64,000 nucleotides of DNA from Candidatus Eiseniibacteriota bacterium (GTDB taxonomy: Bacteria; Eisenbacteria; RBG-16-71-46). A program made the translations under genes and the position numbers. This document shows positions 37,417 through 48,026 of this stretch, piece by piece. The stretch spans positions 69,355-133,354 of the forward strand of contig JADLBL010000024.1 in the NCBI GenBank assembly GCA_020847735.1, read 5' to 3'. The stretch's first letter is position 1. The number at the start of each line of letters is the position of its first letter. The notes under the pieces were generated by a model. That model ran no database searches. It was not told where the DNA came from and saw only the letters and a program-made list of their open reading frames with translations.

Positions 37417-38549
37417 AGGTCCTGATCGCGGGCGGCGGCACCGGCGGTCACGTCTTCCCCGGGATCGCCGTGGCCGAGGAACTGAAGCACCAGCGGCGCA
37501 ACTGCGAGGTGGTGTTCGTCGGCACCCGCGGCGGCCTCGAGGCGCAGGCGGTGCCCGAGGCCGGCTTCCGCATCCGCTACGTGGTCTCGGCCGGGTTCAA
37601 TCGCCGGCGCTGGTGGGAGTGGCCGTGGGCCGCCCTCGTCAACCTCTTCGGCCTTCTGCAGGCCCTGTGGGTGGTGCTGGCCGAGAGTCCGCAGGTCGTG
37701 CTGGGGACGGGCGGCTACGTGAGCGCGCCGCTGTCGTTCGCGGCGCGGCTGCTCGGCCGGCCGCTCGTGCTGCAGGAGCAGAACAGCATTCCGGGGCTGG
37801 CCAACCGGCTGCTCGCGCGCATCGCCAACGAGGTGCACCTGTCGTTCCTCGAGGCGCGCACCTGGTTCGCGCGCAAGGACAACCTCAAGGTCACCGGCAA
37901 CCCGGTCCGCGCGCACATCCTGTCGGGCGACCACGAGACGGCGATGCGCGAGTTCGCACTGACCCCGGGCCGCCTCACCGTGTTCGTGTTCGGCGGCAGC
38001 CTCGGCGCCCGGCGCATCAACGAGGCCGCGATCGAGGCGCTGCGCCGCCTCAAGGGCCGCCTCGAGGTGCAGTTCATCCTGCAGACCGGCCGTCCCGACT
38101 ACGAGCGCGTGCTCGCGGCGGTCCAGGCCGAAGGCCTGCCGGCGACCGTCATGCCGTTCATCAAGAACATGCACCTGGCGTACGCGGCGGCCGACCTCGT
38201 CGTCTGCCGCTCGGGCGCGATGACGCTCGCCGAGATCGCCGTGTGCGGCCTGCCGTCGGTGCTGGTGCCGTATCCGTTCGCGGCCCACAATCACCAGGAG
38301 GTCAACGCCGCGAACCTCGTGGACCGGGGCGCAGCCGTCTGCATCCTCGATGGCGAGCTGACCGGGGAGCGCCTGGCGAAGGAGATCGCGCACCTGCTGG
38401 CGGACCGACAGGCGCTGTCGCGGATGTCGGCGAACGCCCGTCTGTTCGCGCGGCCGGACGCCGCCGAGCGGCTGGCGCGGACGCTGATCCGCTTCGCGGA
38501 AGGTCGTCCGCAAACCTCCGAGGAAGCGGCGACCGGGAGCGGCCACTGA
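37413..38549 (+). CDS. murG: Lipid II-forming UDP-GlcNAc transferase
   Basis: GGGTGGHVFPG motif. GTGA overlap with ftsW. Confidence 0.95.
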   Translation: MKVLIAGGGTGGHVFPGIAVAEELKHQRRNCEVVFVGTRGGLEAQAVPEAGFRIRYVVSAGFNRRRWWEWPWAALVNLFGLLQALWVVLAESPQVVLGTGGYVSAPLSFAARLLGRPLVLQEQNSIPGLANRLLARIANEVHLSFLEARTWFARKDNLKVTGNPVRAHILSGDHETAMREFALTPGRLTVFVFGGSLGARRINEAAIEALRRLKGRLEVQFILQTGRPDYERVLAAVQAEGLPATVMPFIKNMHLAYAAADLVVCRSGAMTLAEIAVCGLPSVLVPYPFAAHNHQEVNAANLVDRGAAVCILDGELTGERLAKEIAHLLADRQALSRMSANARLFARPDAAERLARTLIRFAEGRPQTSEEAATGSGH

Positions 38550-38550
38550 G

Positions 38551-39945
38551 ATGTACGGGCGAACGCACCGCATCCATTTCATCGGCATCGGCGGCAGCGG
38601 CATGTCGGGCCTCGCCGAGGTGCTGCTCAACCTGGGGTACTCGGTCTCGGGCAGCGACCTCAAGACCACCGAGGTCACCGATCGCCTCGTGGCGCTCGGC
38701 GGGCGCGTCTTTCCGGGCCACGCCGCCGCGAACGTCGAGGGCGCGCAGGTCGTGGTCTTCTCGTCGGCGGTGCGCCCGGACAACCCCGAGCTGCTGGCCG
38801 CCCGCGCCGCGAACGTGCCGGTCATCGCACGCGCGGACATGCTCGCCGAGCTGATGCGCATGAAGTACGGCATCGCCGTCGGCGGCTCGCACGGCAAGAC
38901 CACCACGACCTCGATGGTCGCCGCGGTGCTCGGACGCGGAGGCATGGACCCGACCATCGTCGTGGGCGGCCGGCTGCGGGCGGTCGGCGCGAACGCGCAG
39001 CTCGGCCACGGGCGCTTCATGGTCGCCGAGGCCGACGAAAGCGACGGCTCCTTCCTGCGCCTGGCGCCGGCGATCACGGTCGTGACCAACATCGACCGCG
39101 AACACCTCGACCACTACGCCGACCTCGCCGAGGTCCGGCAGGCGTTCGTGTACTTCGCCAACCGCGTCCCGTTCTACGGCGTCAGCGTGCTGTGCTCCGA
39201 CGACGAGAACGTGCGCGGCATCCTGCCCGAGGTGAAGAAGCGCACGATCCTGTACGGCGTCCGCGAACCGGCGGAGGTGCGCGCGACGTCCATCGCGCTG
39301 TCCGGCCACGGCGCCCGCTTCGAGGTCGGGGCCGCCGGACGCGCGCTCGGCGCGATCGAGCTGCGGGTCCCCGGCCACCACAACGTGCTCAACGCGCTGG
39401 CCGCGGTCGCCGTCGGACTCGAGCTCGAGATCGGCTTCGGACACATCGCCGAGGCCCTCGCGGGCTTCCTCGGCGTCGGCCGTCGCTTCGAGACCCGCGG
39501 GGTGGCGGGCGACGTGCGCGTGATCGACGACTACGGGCACCACCCGACCGAGATCGCGGCGACGCTCGCGGCCGCGCGGCAGCTGGGCGGCCGCGTGCTG
39601 GTGATCTTCCAGCCGCACCGCTATTCGCGCACCGCGGCGCTGCGCGAGGAGTTCGGGCGCTGTTTCGGCGACGCCGACCGCGTCTGGGTGCTCGACGTCT
39701 ATGGCGCGGGCGAGTCGCCGATCGAGGGCGTCGGCGGGTGCACGGTGGCGGACTCCGCGCGCGCGCAGGGCGCCGCGCACGTCGAGTACGCGCCCACCGG
39801 GGCCGAGGCCGCGCAGGCGGCGGCCCGCGAGGCGCGCTCCGGCGACACGGTGATCACGCTCGGCGCCGGCGACGTCTGGCGGCTGGCCGACGAGGTGCTC
39901 GCCCGGCTCGCGTCCGCCGCCCCGGCGCCGACGGGGCGTCCATGA
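38551..39945 (+). CDS. murC: UDP-N-acetylmuramate--L-alanine ligase
   Basis: HFIGIGGSGMSGLA and GSHGKTTTTSM motifs. Confidence 0.95.
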   Translation: MYGRTHRIHFIGIGGSGMSGLAEVLLNLGYSVSGSDLKTTEVTDRLVALGGRVFPGHAAANVEGAQVVVFSSAVRPDNPELLAARAANVPVIARADMLAELMRMKYGIAVGGSHGKTTTTSMVAAVLGRGGMDPTIVVGGRLRAVGANAQLGHGRFMVAEADESDGSFLRLAPAITVVTNIDREHLDHYADLAEVRQAFVYFANRVPFYGVSVLCSDDENVRGILPEVKKRTILYGVREPAEVRATSIALSGHGARFEVGAAGRALGAIELRVPGHHNVLNALAAVAVGLELEIGFGHIAEALAGFLGVGRRFETRGVAGDVRVIDDYGHHPTEIAATLAAARQLGGRVLVIFQPHRYSRTAALREEFGRCFGDADRVWVLDVYGAGESPIEGVGGCTVADSARAQGAAHVEYAPTGAEAAQAAAREARSGDTVITLGAGDVWRLADEVLARLASAAPAPTGRP

Positions 39946-40772
39946 GCACCTACCAGGGACGGGCGCTCGAACGGGCCCCGCGCCGGGAGCGGTCCGGGCC
40001 CTCGCGCTGGGGCCAGGTCCGGCGCGTGCTGCTGGCGATGGGCGCGCTCGCGCTGCTCGCGGTCGTGCCGTGGCGGGATCTCCGCCATCGCTACGCGGTG
40101 CTGACCCGGGTCACGGTCAGCGGGCTGCGCTACCTCGACGCCGCGCGCGTGCAGCGCGCGGCCGGACTCACCGAGGGCCAGGACCTGCTCTCGATCGACC
40201 TCGCGAAGGTGCGTGCCCGGATGCTCGCCGACCCGCGCATCGCGCGCGCCGAGGTGCGCCGCACGGGTCTGCGGGGAATCGAACTGCGGATCGCCGAGCG
40301 CGTGCCGGCGCTCGCGGTCGCGCACGGCGACCCGTGGGAAATCGACCGCGGCGGCGTGCTGCTCGCGCCGCTGCAGCGGGGCGTCGTCGCCGACGTGCCG
40401 ATCCTCACCGGCGCCGATTTCTCCGCCTACACCCCGGGAACGAGGCTGCGCACCCCCGAGGTGCAAAGAGGCCTCGCGTGGGCCGAGGTTTTGAGCGACA
40501 ATGCGCTCCGACTCGCGGGCCAGGTCTCCGAGGTGGACGTGTCCGGAGATCGCGTGACGCGCCTGGTGCTGATGAACGGCGTGTGCGTGATCGGCCGGGC
40601 CTGGCCACCGGACCTTCGTCAGCTTTCCGGGCTGCGGGCGACGCTCTCCGACCTCGAGGGCAAGGGACTCGAGCCCACCGAGGTGGACGTGCGGATTCCG
40701 GAGCAGATCATCGTGCGCGACGCGCGGGCAGGCTCCCTCGGGGGCGCCGTCCGACCCGGCGCCGACCTATAG
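39942..40772 (+). CDS. ftsQ: Cell division protein FtsQ (POTRA domain)
   Basis: TM segment VLLAMGALALLAVV followed by a POTRA-like VTVSGLRYLDAARVQRAAGL. ATGA overlap with murC. Position before ftsA. Confidence 0.8.
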   Translation: MSTYQGRALERAPRRERSGPSRWGQVRRVLLAMGALALLAVVPWRDLRHRYAVLTRVTVSGLRYLDAARVQRAAGLTEGQDLLSIDLAKVRARMLADPRIARAEVRRTGLRGIELRIAERVPALAVAHGDPWEIDRGGVLLAPLQRGVVADVPILTGADFSAYTPGTRLRTPEVQRGLAWAEVLSDNALRLAGQVSEVDVSGDRVTRLVLMNGVCVIGRAWPPDLRQLSGLRATLSDLEGKGLEPTEVDVRIPEQIIVRDARAGSLGGAVRPGADL

Positions 40773-40808
40773 AAGCACAGGGCACGCAGCCACGCGGGAG
40801 GGAACCCC

Positions 40809-42044
40809 ATGGCCCAGGCGACAAGGACGTTCGTCGGTCTCGACATCGGCACCACCAAGATCAACTGCATCGTCGCCGAGCAGGCGTCCTCGGGCGAGGT
40901 GCGAATCGTCGGCGTCGGCAACGCGCCCAGCGAGGGACTGCGCCGCGGCGTCGTGGTGGAACTCGAAAAGACGATCACCAGCATCGGCCGGGCGGTGGAA
41001 GAGGCCGAGCGCATGGCCGGGACCGAGGTCAAGGGCGTCTACGCGGGCATCGCGGGTGACCACATCCGCAGCATCAACAGCCGTGGCGTGATCGCGGTCG
41101 CGCGCAAGGACAACGAGATCGCTTCCGCCGACGTCGAGCGCGTGGTCGAGGCGGCGAAGGCCATCGCCATCCCGATGGATCGCGAGATCATTCACGTGAT
41201 CCCGCAGGAGTTCCTGGTGGACGACCAGGACGGGATCAAGGATCCGGTCGGCATGAGCGGGGTCCGGCTCGAGGCCGAGGTCCACATCATCACCGGCGCG
41301 GTGACCAGCGCGAAGAACATCTGCCGCGCCATCCAGCGCACGGGACTGAAGGTGCACGATCTGGTGCTCGAGCCGCTGGCATCGGCGCAGGCGGTGCTCG
41401 ACGACGACGAGCGGGCGCTCGGCGTCGTGCTGCTCGACATCGGCGGCGGCACGACCGACGTGGCCGTCTTCCACGAGGGTTCGATCCGGCACACGGCGAT
41501 CATCCCCTACGGCGGCGCCAGCGTGACGAGCGACATCGCCATCGGCCTGCGCACGCCCATCGACAAGGCCGAGACCCTCAAGCTCCAGTATGGCTCGGCG
41601 CTCGCCTCGCTCGTGCCCGCCGAGGAGCTGCTCGCCGTCGCCGGCGTGGGCGGTCGCACCGACCGCGAGATTTCGCGCCACGTGCTGGCCTCGATGATCG
41701 AGCCGCGAATGGAGGAGATCTTCGCCCTCGCCAACAAGGAAGTGCGCAAGAACCACTTCGCGGCCCTGCTCGGCGGCGGCGTCGTTCTGACCGGCGGCAC
41801 CTCGCTGCTGCCCGGCATCGCCGAGCTGGCCGAGCAGGTCTTCGAGATGCCCGTGCGCCTCGGCACGCCGCGTGGCGTGGGCGGGCTGGCGGAGAACGTC
41901 GCCGACCCGCGCTTCTCGACCGGAGTCGGCCTCGTGCTGCACGCGGCCGCGCAGGCGGGCGGCAACGGCCTGTACTCCGACACCGCGAGCGCGAAGCCGA
42001 AGGCGCGATTCGACCTCTGGAACTGGTTCAGCAGTCGTTTCTAG
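40809..42044 (+). CDS. ftsA: Cell division protein FtsA
   Basis: Actin-fold motifs [14 protein letters not shown] and [25 protein letters not shown] upstream of the start. Confidence 0.95.
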   Translation: MAQATRTFVGLDIGTTKINCIVAEQASSGEVRIVGVGNAPSEGLRRGVVVELEKTITSIGRAVEEAERMAGTEVKGVYAGIAGDHIRSINSRGVIAVARKDNEIASADVERVVEAAKAIAIPMDREIIHVIPQEFLVDDQDGIKDPVGMSGVRLEAEVHIITGAVTSAKNICRAIQRTGLKVHDLVLEPLASAQAVLDDDERALGVVLLDIGGGTTDVAVFHEGSIRHTAIIPYGGASVTSDIAIGLRTPIDKAETLKLQYGSALASLVPAEELLAVAGVGGRTDREISRHVLASMIEPRMEEIFALANKEVRKNHFAALLGGGVVLTGGTSLLPGIAELAEQVFEMPVRLGTPRGVGGLAENVADPRFSTGVGLVLHAAAQAGGNGLYSDTASAKPKARFDLWNWFSSRF

Positions 42045-42103
42045 CAGTCCATTCCCACCGGGCGAAAGCGGCCAGGACGGCCGTTCCGCCGGCACAAGGA
42101 GAG

Positions 42104-43252
42104 GTGCCCATGTCGATGTTCGAGCTCGAGATCGATCGGACGGCCGCCGCGAGGCTCAAGGTGATCGGGGTCGGCGGAGCCGGCGGCAACGCCGTCAACC
42201 GCATGATCGGCGCGGGGCTTCGCGGGGTGGAGTTCATCGCCGCGAACACCGACGTGCAGGCGCTCGGCGGTTCGCTCGCGGCCACGCGCGTTCAGCTCGG
42301 CGTGAACGCGACGCGCGGCCTCGGAGCGGGCGGCAATCCCGAGCAGGGCCGCGTCTCGGCCGAGGAGGACCAGCAGGCGATCGCCGACGTGCTCGCGGAC
42401 TCGGACATGGTGTTCGTGACGGCGGGCATGGGCGGCGGCACCGGCACCGGGGCGGCGCCGGTCGTCGCGCGCATCGCACGTCAGGCCGGCGCGCTCACGG
42501 TCGGCGTCGTCACGCGGCCGTTCTCGTTCGAGGGCCGGCGGCGCATGCGCCAGGCAGAGGAGGGGCTCGAGGAGCTGCGTGCCGAAGTGGACACGCTGCT
42601 GGTGATCCCGAACGAGCGTCTGCTGGCGGTCGTCGAGCGCGGCACGCCGCTCTCGGAGGCGTTCGGCATCGCCGACGACGTGCTGCTCAAGGCGACCAAG
42701 GGCATCGCCGACCTGGTCACCGTTCCGGGCCTCGTCAACGTGGACTTCGCCGACGTCAAGAGCATCATGGCGTCCCGCGGAAACGCGCTCATGGGGACGG
42801 GCCGCGCGACGGGCGACAACCGCGCGATCGCGGCCGCCAGCGCCGCGGTCTCGAGCCCGCTGCTCGAGGACGTCTCGATTCACGGGGCCGAGGGCGTGCT
42901 GCTCAACATCACGGGCGGCCGCGACCTGAGCCTGCACGAGGTCAACGAGGCTTCGAAGGTCGTGACCGAGGCCGCAGGCGAGGACGCGAACATCATTTTC
43001 GGCGCGGTGATCGACCCGGGTCTGGACGGCGAGATCCTGGTGACCGTGGTCGCGACCGGTTTCGGTGTGTCCACGCCGTCCCTGCGGATGGTGGACCGGC
43101 CGGCGCGCCAGAAGGTCGCGAACGCCGAGGACGAAGCCAGCTACGCCGAGCCCGCCTGGAAGCGGCGCGAGGCGCGCGGGCAGTGGGGCCGGGGCAACGG
43201 CAACGGCTCGTCGCTCGAGGTGCCGACGTTCCTGCGACGCCAGATGGACTGA
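42104..43252 (+). CDS. ftsZ: Cell division GTPase FtsZ
   Basis: [13 protein letters not shown] and tubulin signature [25 protein letters not shown] upstream of the start. Confidence 0.97.
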   Translation: MPMSMFELEIDRTAAARLKVIGVGGAGGNAVNRMIGAGLRGVEFIAANTDVQALGGSLAATRVQLGVNATRGLGAGGNPEQGRVSAEEDQQAIADVLADSDMVFVTAGMGGGTGTGAAPVVARIARQAGALTVGVVTRPFSFEGRRRMRQAEEGLEELRAEVDTLLVIPNERLLAVVERGTPLSEAFGIADDVLLKATKGIADLVTVPGLVNVDFADVKSIMASRGNALMGTGRATGDNRAIAAASAAVSSPLLEDVSIHGAEGVLLNITGGRDLSLHEVNEASKVVTEAAGEDANIIFGAVIDPGLDGEILVTVVATGFGVSTPSLRMVDRPARQKVANAEDEASYAEPAWKRREARGQWGRGNGNGSSLEVPTFLRRQMD

Positions 43253-43256
43253 GCCG

Positions 43257-44921
43257 ATGCGGTTCCTGTCCTCACTGGTCAAGTGGGGGCACACGCGGCA
43301 CTACAACGCGGGCATTCTCCATTTCAATCGGGGGGAGTTCGCGCGGGCCGTCGAGTGCTTCGACGCGGTGCTGCGCGAGGTGCGCGACCCGAACGACCCC
43401 GATCACTGCCTGGCGCGCGTCCACGCGGCCGAGGCGCGCGGCAACCTCGGCCTCGCGCATTTTCACGCCGGAGACTACGCGCGGGCCGAGGCGGAGTTCA
43501 CGCGCGCCCTCGAGGAGAACCCGACCTTCCCCGACCTGCGTTACTACCGGGCCCGCATCTACGAGCGCTCGGGCCGGGTGAACGAAGCCATCGCCGATCT
43601 CGAGCTGGCGCTGGCCGACCACCCGCACTACGTCGAGGCTCACCTGCTGCTGGCCGTCTGCCTCGGCCTCAGGGGGGACCGGGAGCGCTCGGCCGCCGAA
43701 CTCGGGGAGGCGCTGGAACTGGGATTCGACGCGCCGGAGTGGGTGACCCCGGCGGTCTCGCGCGACTGGACCGCCGAGCAGTGGCGTCGCCTGCTGCAAT
43801 CGGGGGCCCCGGGCGCCGGTGAACCGCCGGCGGGTCGGCCGCTCGACCGGGCGCTCGCCCGCGAGCAGGAGGGCGATCTGGCGGGGGCGATCGCCGAACT
43901 GCGGCGCGCGGTGGGAGACCGGCCCGGATACGCCGACCTGCGCTGCCGGCTGGCCGGACTGCTGCTCGAAGCGGGGCACGTGGACGAGGCGCTCGAACAC
44001 CTTCGCGTCGCGCTCGAGTTGAACCCGCGCTACCTCGAGGCGCGCCTGCTCGGCGCGCGGCTCGAGCTCGAGCGCGGCCGCGCCGGTGCGGCCGAGGCTC
44101 ACGTCGAGGCCGCGCTCGAGGCGCACCCGCAGTATCCGGACCTGCATTTCTGGCTCGGCCTCGCGCGCTTCCGCGGCGGCGACTTCGAGGGCGCGGCGGC
44201 GGCGCTCGAACGAGCGCTCGAGATGAACCGGCAGTTCGCGCGCGCCAGCCGGCTGCTCGGACTCGTCTACCATTCGCTCGGCCGCTACGACGACGCGCTG
44301 CGGGCGCTGCGCCGCGGGCTGACGCGCGACCGCGAAGTCCCGCTGAACGCCCTGCTCGACGCGCAGCTGCGCATGGAGGGCGGCGACGCGGAGGGCGCCG
44401 AGGCCGCGCTGCTGCGCACGCTGGCCGTGCATCCGGGCTACCCCGACCTGCACCTGCTGCTCGCCCGCATTCGCCGGGCGCAGGGCCGCCTCGAGGAGGC
44501 CGCGCAGGCCTATCAGAAGGCGCTCGAGCTGCAGCCCGGCTACGGCGCGCCGGCGCTCGAGCTGGGCGGTCTGTGGCTCGAGACCGGGCGCCTCGGGCCC
44601 GCCGAGACGACCCTGGCCGCCGTCGCCGAGGCGCACCCGCTCTGGGCGGACGCGCACGCGCTGCTCGGCAGAGTGCGGCTGATGCGTGGCGACGTGGCCG
44701 GTGCCGAGGTCCCGTTGCGCGCGGCGCTGGCGATCAACCCCGGTTTCGCCGCGGCCCGGGCCGACCTGGGGTGGACGCTGCTGCGCGCGGCGCGACCGGC
44801 GGAGGCCGATGAGCAGTTCGCGCTGGCCCTCGAGATGGACCCGCTCGTCGCCCTGCCGCGCCAGCAACTCGCCTGGCGCGAGTGGCTCGTCGCCCGGCGC
44901 GAGGACGCCGCCCGAGTGTGA
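43257..44921 (+). CDS. TPR-repeat protein
   Basis: 554 aa of consecutive TPR-like 34-residue repeats (for example DYARAEAEFTRALEENPTFPDLRYY). The ATG lies 4 nt after the ftsZ stop. Confidence 0.8.
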   Translation: MRFLSSLVKWGHTRHYNAGILHFNRGEFARAVECFDAVLREVRDPNDPDHCLARVHAAEARGNLGLAHFHAGDYARAEAEFTRALEENPTFPDLRYYRARIYERSGRVNEAIADLELALADHPHYVEAHLLLAVCLGLRGDRERSAAELGEALELGFDAPEWVTPAVSRDWTAEQWRRLLQSGAPGAGEPPAGRPLDRALAREQEGDLAGAIAELRRAVGDRPGYADLRCRLAGLLLEAGHVDEALEHLRVALELNPRYLEARLLGARLELERGRAGAAEAHVEAALEAHPQYPDLHFWLGLARFRGGDFEGAAAALERALEMNRQFARASRLLGLVYHSLGRYDDALRALRRGLTRDREVPLNALLDAQLRMEGGDAEGAEAALLRTLAVHPGYPDLHLLLARIRRAQGRLEEAAQAYQKALELQPGYGAPALELGGLWLETGRLGPAETTLAAVAEAHPLWADAHALLGRVRLMRGDVAGAEVPLRAALAINPGFAAARADLGWTLLRAARPAEADEQFALALEMDPLVALPRQQLAWREWLVARREDAARV

Positions 44922-44956
44922 GCGGCGCCCGCCCGCCGGCGGAAGCCCGGGACGTG

Positions 44957-44993
44957 AACCGGCCCGGCCCCCTTCGCGGGAGCCGGGCCGGTT
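44957..44993. terminator. Bidirectional terminator-like hairpin between convergent TPR gene and rpmB
   Basis: Perfect 12-bp stem AACCGGCCCGGC / GCCGGGCCGGTT (44957-44968 / 44982-44993). There is no clear U-tract on either strand. Confidence 0.5.
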
Positions 44994-45009
44994 CGCGGGC
45001 CGGGTGGGT

Positions 45010-45228
45010 TCAGGCGGTCGGCAGCGCCAGCGCGCGGCCGCGAACGGCCTTCTCGATCTTGCCGCCGCGGATGCAGCGCGTGCAGACGACGACCTTCTTC
45101 GCACGGCCTTCGACGAGCGCCCGCACGGACTGCAGGTTCGCGTTGAACGTGCGCTTGGTCTTGTTGTTCGCGTGGCTGACGTTCTGGCCGGCCATGCGGC
45201 CCTTGCCGCACACGAAGCACTTCGCCAT
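45010..45228 (-). CDS. rpmB: 50S ribosomal protein L28
   Basis: [35 protein letters not shown] lies upstream of ATG 45228. The listed start at 45288 is rejected. Confidence 0.95.
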   Translation of the reverse strand: MAKCFVCGKGRMAGQNVSHANNKTKRTFNANLQSVRALVEGRAKKVVVCTRCIRGGKIEKAVRGRALALPTA

Positions 45229-45311
45229 GGGAATCTCCTGAAAGCGTTCGCCGCGCCCCGGACCGGTGGATCTCCTTCCGCGGGGCAAGCGGAACCGAAA
45301 GAGGACGCGGG

Positions 45312-45341
45312 ACTATAGGGGAGGGCGGGTGCGGCTGGCAA
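45312..45341 (-). promoter_or_regulatory. Candidate sigma70-type promoter for rpmB
   Basis: On the minus strand: TTGCCA (45341-45336), 18-nt spacer, TATAGT (45317-45312). Confidence 0.4.
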
Positions 45342-45409
45342 GCCGGCGTCCGGGACGGGCCCGTCCGGTGACAGCGCACGCGCGCGCGGCGTAAGGTGAC
45401 TCCCGAGCC

Positions 45410-47527
45410 ATGACCGCGTCCCGCACGCCGCCGTCCGCCAGCGCGAGCCGCCCGCGCCTCGAGCCGTCCACCCGCATCCAGTTCCTGCCCGGGGTCGGTC
45501 CGGTCCGCGCGCGGGCGTACGAGCGGCTGCGGCTCGTCACGCTCGAGCATCTGGCGCGCCACTACCCGCGGGACTGGCTGGACGCGAGCCACTTCGCCCT
45601 CGTCAAGGACCTCGTCCCGGGGCAGCTCATGACCGTCGTGGGCGAGGTGAAGCGGGCGGCGGCGCTGCGCACCCGCGGGGGACGCGGCGACTTCGTCGCG
45701 ACGATCTCCGACGGCACCGGCACGCTCGGCTGCTACTTCTTCGGGCAGGCCTTCCTCGCGCGCACGCTCGTACCCGGCACGCGCGTGGTCGTGAGCGGCG
45801 AGTTCGACCCCGTGGAACGGCGCATGCAGAACCCGATGTTCGAGGTCGAGGGCGAGGATCTCGCGACGCTGCTGCACGCCGGACGGCGGGTGCCCGTGCA
45901 CGGGCTCGGGCGGGGGATCACCGCGCACGGCATGCGCACCGCGGTGAGCCGCGCGCTCGAGGCGGTGGCGGACACGATTCCCGACCCGGTGCCCGCGGCG
46001 GTCGCCGCCGCGCACCGGCTCGGCCCTCTCGGCGCCGCGCTGCGCGCGATTCACTTTCCGGGGAGCCTGGCGGAGCTCGAGGCCGCACGCCGCCGTCTCG
46101 CCTTCGAGGAGCTGTTCGAGCTGCAGATGGTCATGGAGCTGCGCCGGCACGTGATTTCGCAGGAGGGCCGCGGCCTGGCGATGACGTCCTCGGGCGGACT
46201 CGCCCGTGAAGTCGAGGCGGCGCTGCCGTTCACGCTCACCGAGGACCAGCGTGGTGCGATCGCCGACGTCGCGGCCGACCTCGCGCGCACGCGGCCGATG
46301 CACCGGCTGGTCGTGGGCGACGTCGGCAGCGGCAAGACCGCGGTCGCGCTGCTGGCGGCCGCGCACGCGATCGAGACCGCCCATCAGGTCGCGTTCATGG
46401 CTCCGACCGAGGTGCTCGCGCGCCAGCATGCGACGACGCTCGGGCGCCTGAGGCGGGGCACGCGGCTCGAGGTCGCCACGCTCACCGGCTCGACCCCGGC
46501 GACGCAGCGACGGCTGCTGCAGGCGCGGCTGCTGGCGGGCGAGCCGCTGCTGCTGGTCGGCACCCACGCGCTGCTCGAGAAGAAGCTGCAGATGCCGAAG
46601 CTCGGGCTCGCGATCGTGGACGAGCAGCACCGCTTCGGGGTGAGGCACCGCGCGACGCTGGCGAGCAAGGGCGTGCTGCCGCACGTGCTGGTGCTGACCG
46701 CGACGCCGATCCCGCGCACGCTGCAGCTCGCCTGCTACGGCGATCTCGACGTGAGCCTGCTGCGGACGCGGCCCGCCGGGCGCGGCCGCCGGGTCACGCG
46801 CGTGACCGACGAGGGGAAGTTGCCGCAGGTGATCGAGTTCATGGCCCGCGAACTGGCCGCCGGCCGGCAGGCCTACGTCGTCGTGTCCGCGATCGAGGAG
46901 GGCGCTCGGGCCGAGATCCGGGCGGCCGAATCGGAAGTCGAGAGCCTGCGGGCGCAGCCGCTGCTCTCCCGCTGGCGCATCGGCCTGCTGCACGGACGGC
47001 TCAGGACCGAGGAGAAGCTCGCCGTGATGGACGCGTTCCAGAAGGGCGAGCTGCACGTCCTGGTCGCCACCACCGTGATCGAGGTCGGCGTGGACGTGCC
47101 GAACGCGACGCTCATGGTCGTGCAGAACGCCGAACGCTTCGGGCTGACGCAGCTCCACCAGCTGCGCGGCCGGGTCGGTCGAGGCGAGCACCGCTCGGTC
47201 TGCGTGTTCGTGGCCGGCCGCGCGGTGCCCGCGAGCGGGCGGGAGCGGCTGGCGGTGATGGCGGGCACCGACGACGGCTTCGAGCTGGCCGAGGCGGACC
47301 TGCGCATGCGCGGCCCGGGCGACTTGTGGGGCACGCGCCAGGCCGGGCTGCCCAGTCTGAAGGTGGCCGACCCCTGGCGCGATGTGTCACTGCTGTACGA
47401 GGCCCGCGAGGCCGCACAGGCGGTGGTGGCCGCCGACCCGCGTCTCGCCGACCCGGCGCACGCGGCGCTGCGCGCGGCTCTGGTCGCGAACTACCGCGAA
47501 CCGCTCGAGCTGGCGCTGGTCGGTTGA
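45410..47527 (+). CDS. recG: ATP-dependent DNA helicase RecG
   Basis: Wedge domain followed by helicase motifs GDVGSGKT and DEQHRFG. 705 aa. Confidence 0.95.
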   Translation: MTASRTPPSASASRPRLEPSTRIQFLPGVGPVRARAYERLRLVTLEHLARHYPRDWLDASHFALVKDLVPGQLMTVVGEVKRAAALRTRGGRGDFVATISDGTGTLGCYFFGQAFLARTLVPGTRVVVSGEFDPVERRMQNPMFEVEGEDLATLLHAGRRVPVHGLGRGITAHGMRTAVSRALEAVADTIPDPVPAAVAAAHRLGPLGAALRAIHFPGSLAELEAARRRLAFEELFELQMVMELRRHVISQEGRGLAMTSSGGLAREVEAALPFTLTEDQRGAIADVAADLARTRPMHRLVVGDVGSGKTAVALLAAAHAIETAHQVAFMAPTEVLARQHATTLGRLRRGTRLEVATLTGSTPATQRRLLQARLLAGEPLLLVGTHALLEKKLQMPKLGLAIVDEQHRFGVRHRATLASKGVLPHVLVLTATPIPRTLQLACYGDLDVSLLRTRPAGRGRRVTRVTDEGKLPQVIEFMARELAAGRQAYVVVSAIEEGARAEIRAAESEVESLRAQPLLSRWRIGLLHGRLRTEEKLAVMDAFQKGELHVLVATTVIEVGVDVPNATLMVVQNAERFGLTQLHQLRGRVGRGEHRSVCVFVAGRAVPASGRERLAVMAGTDDGFELAEADLRMRGPGDLWGTRQAGLPSLKVADPWRDVSLLYEAREAAQAVVAADPRLADPAHAALRAALVANYREPLELALVG

Positions 47528-47571
47528 AGCGCGCGTCGGCCGCGGGCGCCTCGGGTGATAGCATCGCCGCC

Positions 47572-48012
47572 GTGAGCCGCGAACTCATCGTTCACTGCCC
47601 CGCGTGCGCGACCGGTTACCGGCTGCCGCGCGGGTTGCTGGGACCGCTCGGCGCGCGCGTGACCTGCCCGGCCTGCCGTCAGCGATTCGAGCTGGACGCG
47701 GCGGGGGAGCCCGCGGATCGGCGCCCCGGCGTGGCTCCCTCTCGCCGGAGTCCGCCCCCGAACGGTCCCGGGCGGGCCGGGCAGGCCATGGCCGCGGACA
47801 TTCTCGAAACGCTCGAGCGGCGCCGCGGGCCGGAACTGGCGCGGTCGGCCCGCGAGCGGCGGCTGTTTCGCGATCACGGGCCCGAGCTTCTCGAGGCGTA
47901 CGACCAGTTCCGCCGGGCGGCGGGCGGGCAGGCGAACGCGCTGGCCTTCCGCGAGGAACTGCGGCGCCGCTGGCGCGTCGATCTCGACCCGGCCGTGCAG
48001 GATCGCGCCTGA
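47572..48012 (+). CDS. Zinc-ribbon (MJ0042-type) domain protein
   Basis: N-terminal HCPACATGYRL...VTCPACRQRFEL, then a Pro-rich linker and a helical C-terminus. The GTG 47572 start is tentative. Confidence 0.6.
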   Translation: MSRELIVHCPACATGYRLPRGLLGPLGARVTCPACRQRFELDAAGEPADRRPGVAPSRRSPPPNGPGRAGQAMAADILETLERRRGPELARSARERRLFRDHGPELLEAYDQFRRAAGGQANALAFREELRRRWRVDLDPAVQDRA

Positions 48013-48026
48013 GTCGGCGCGCCGGC

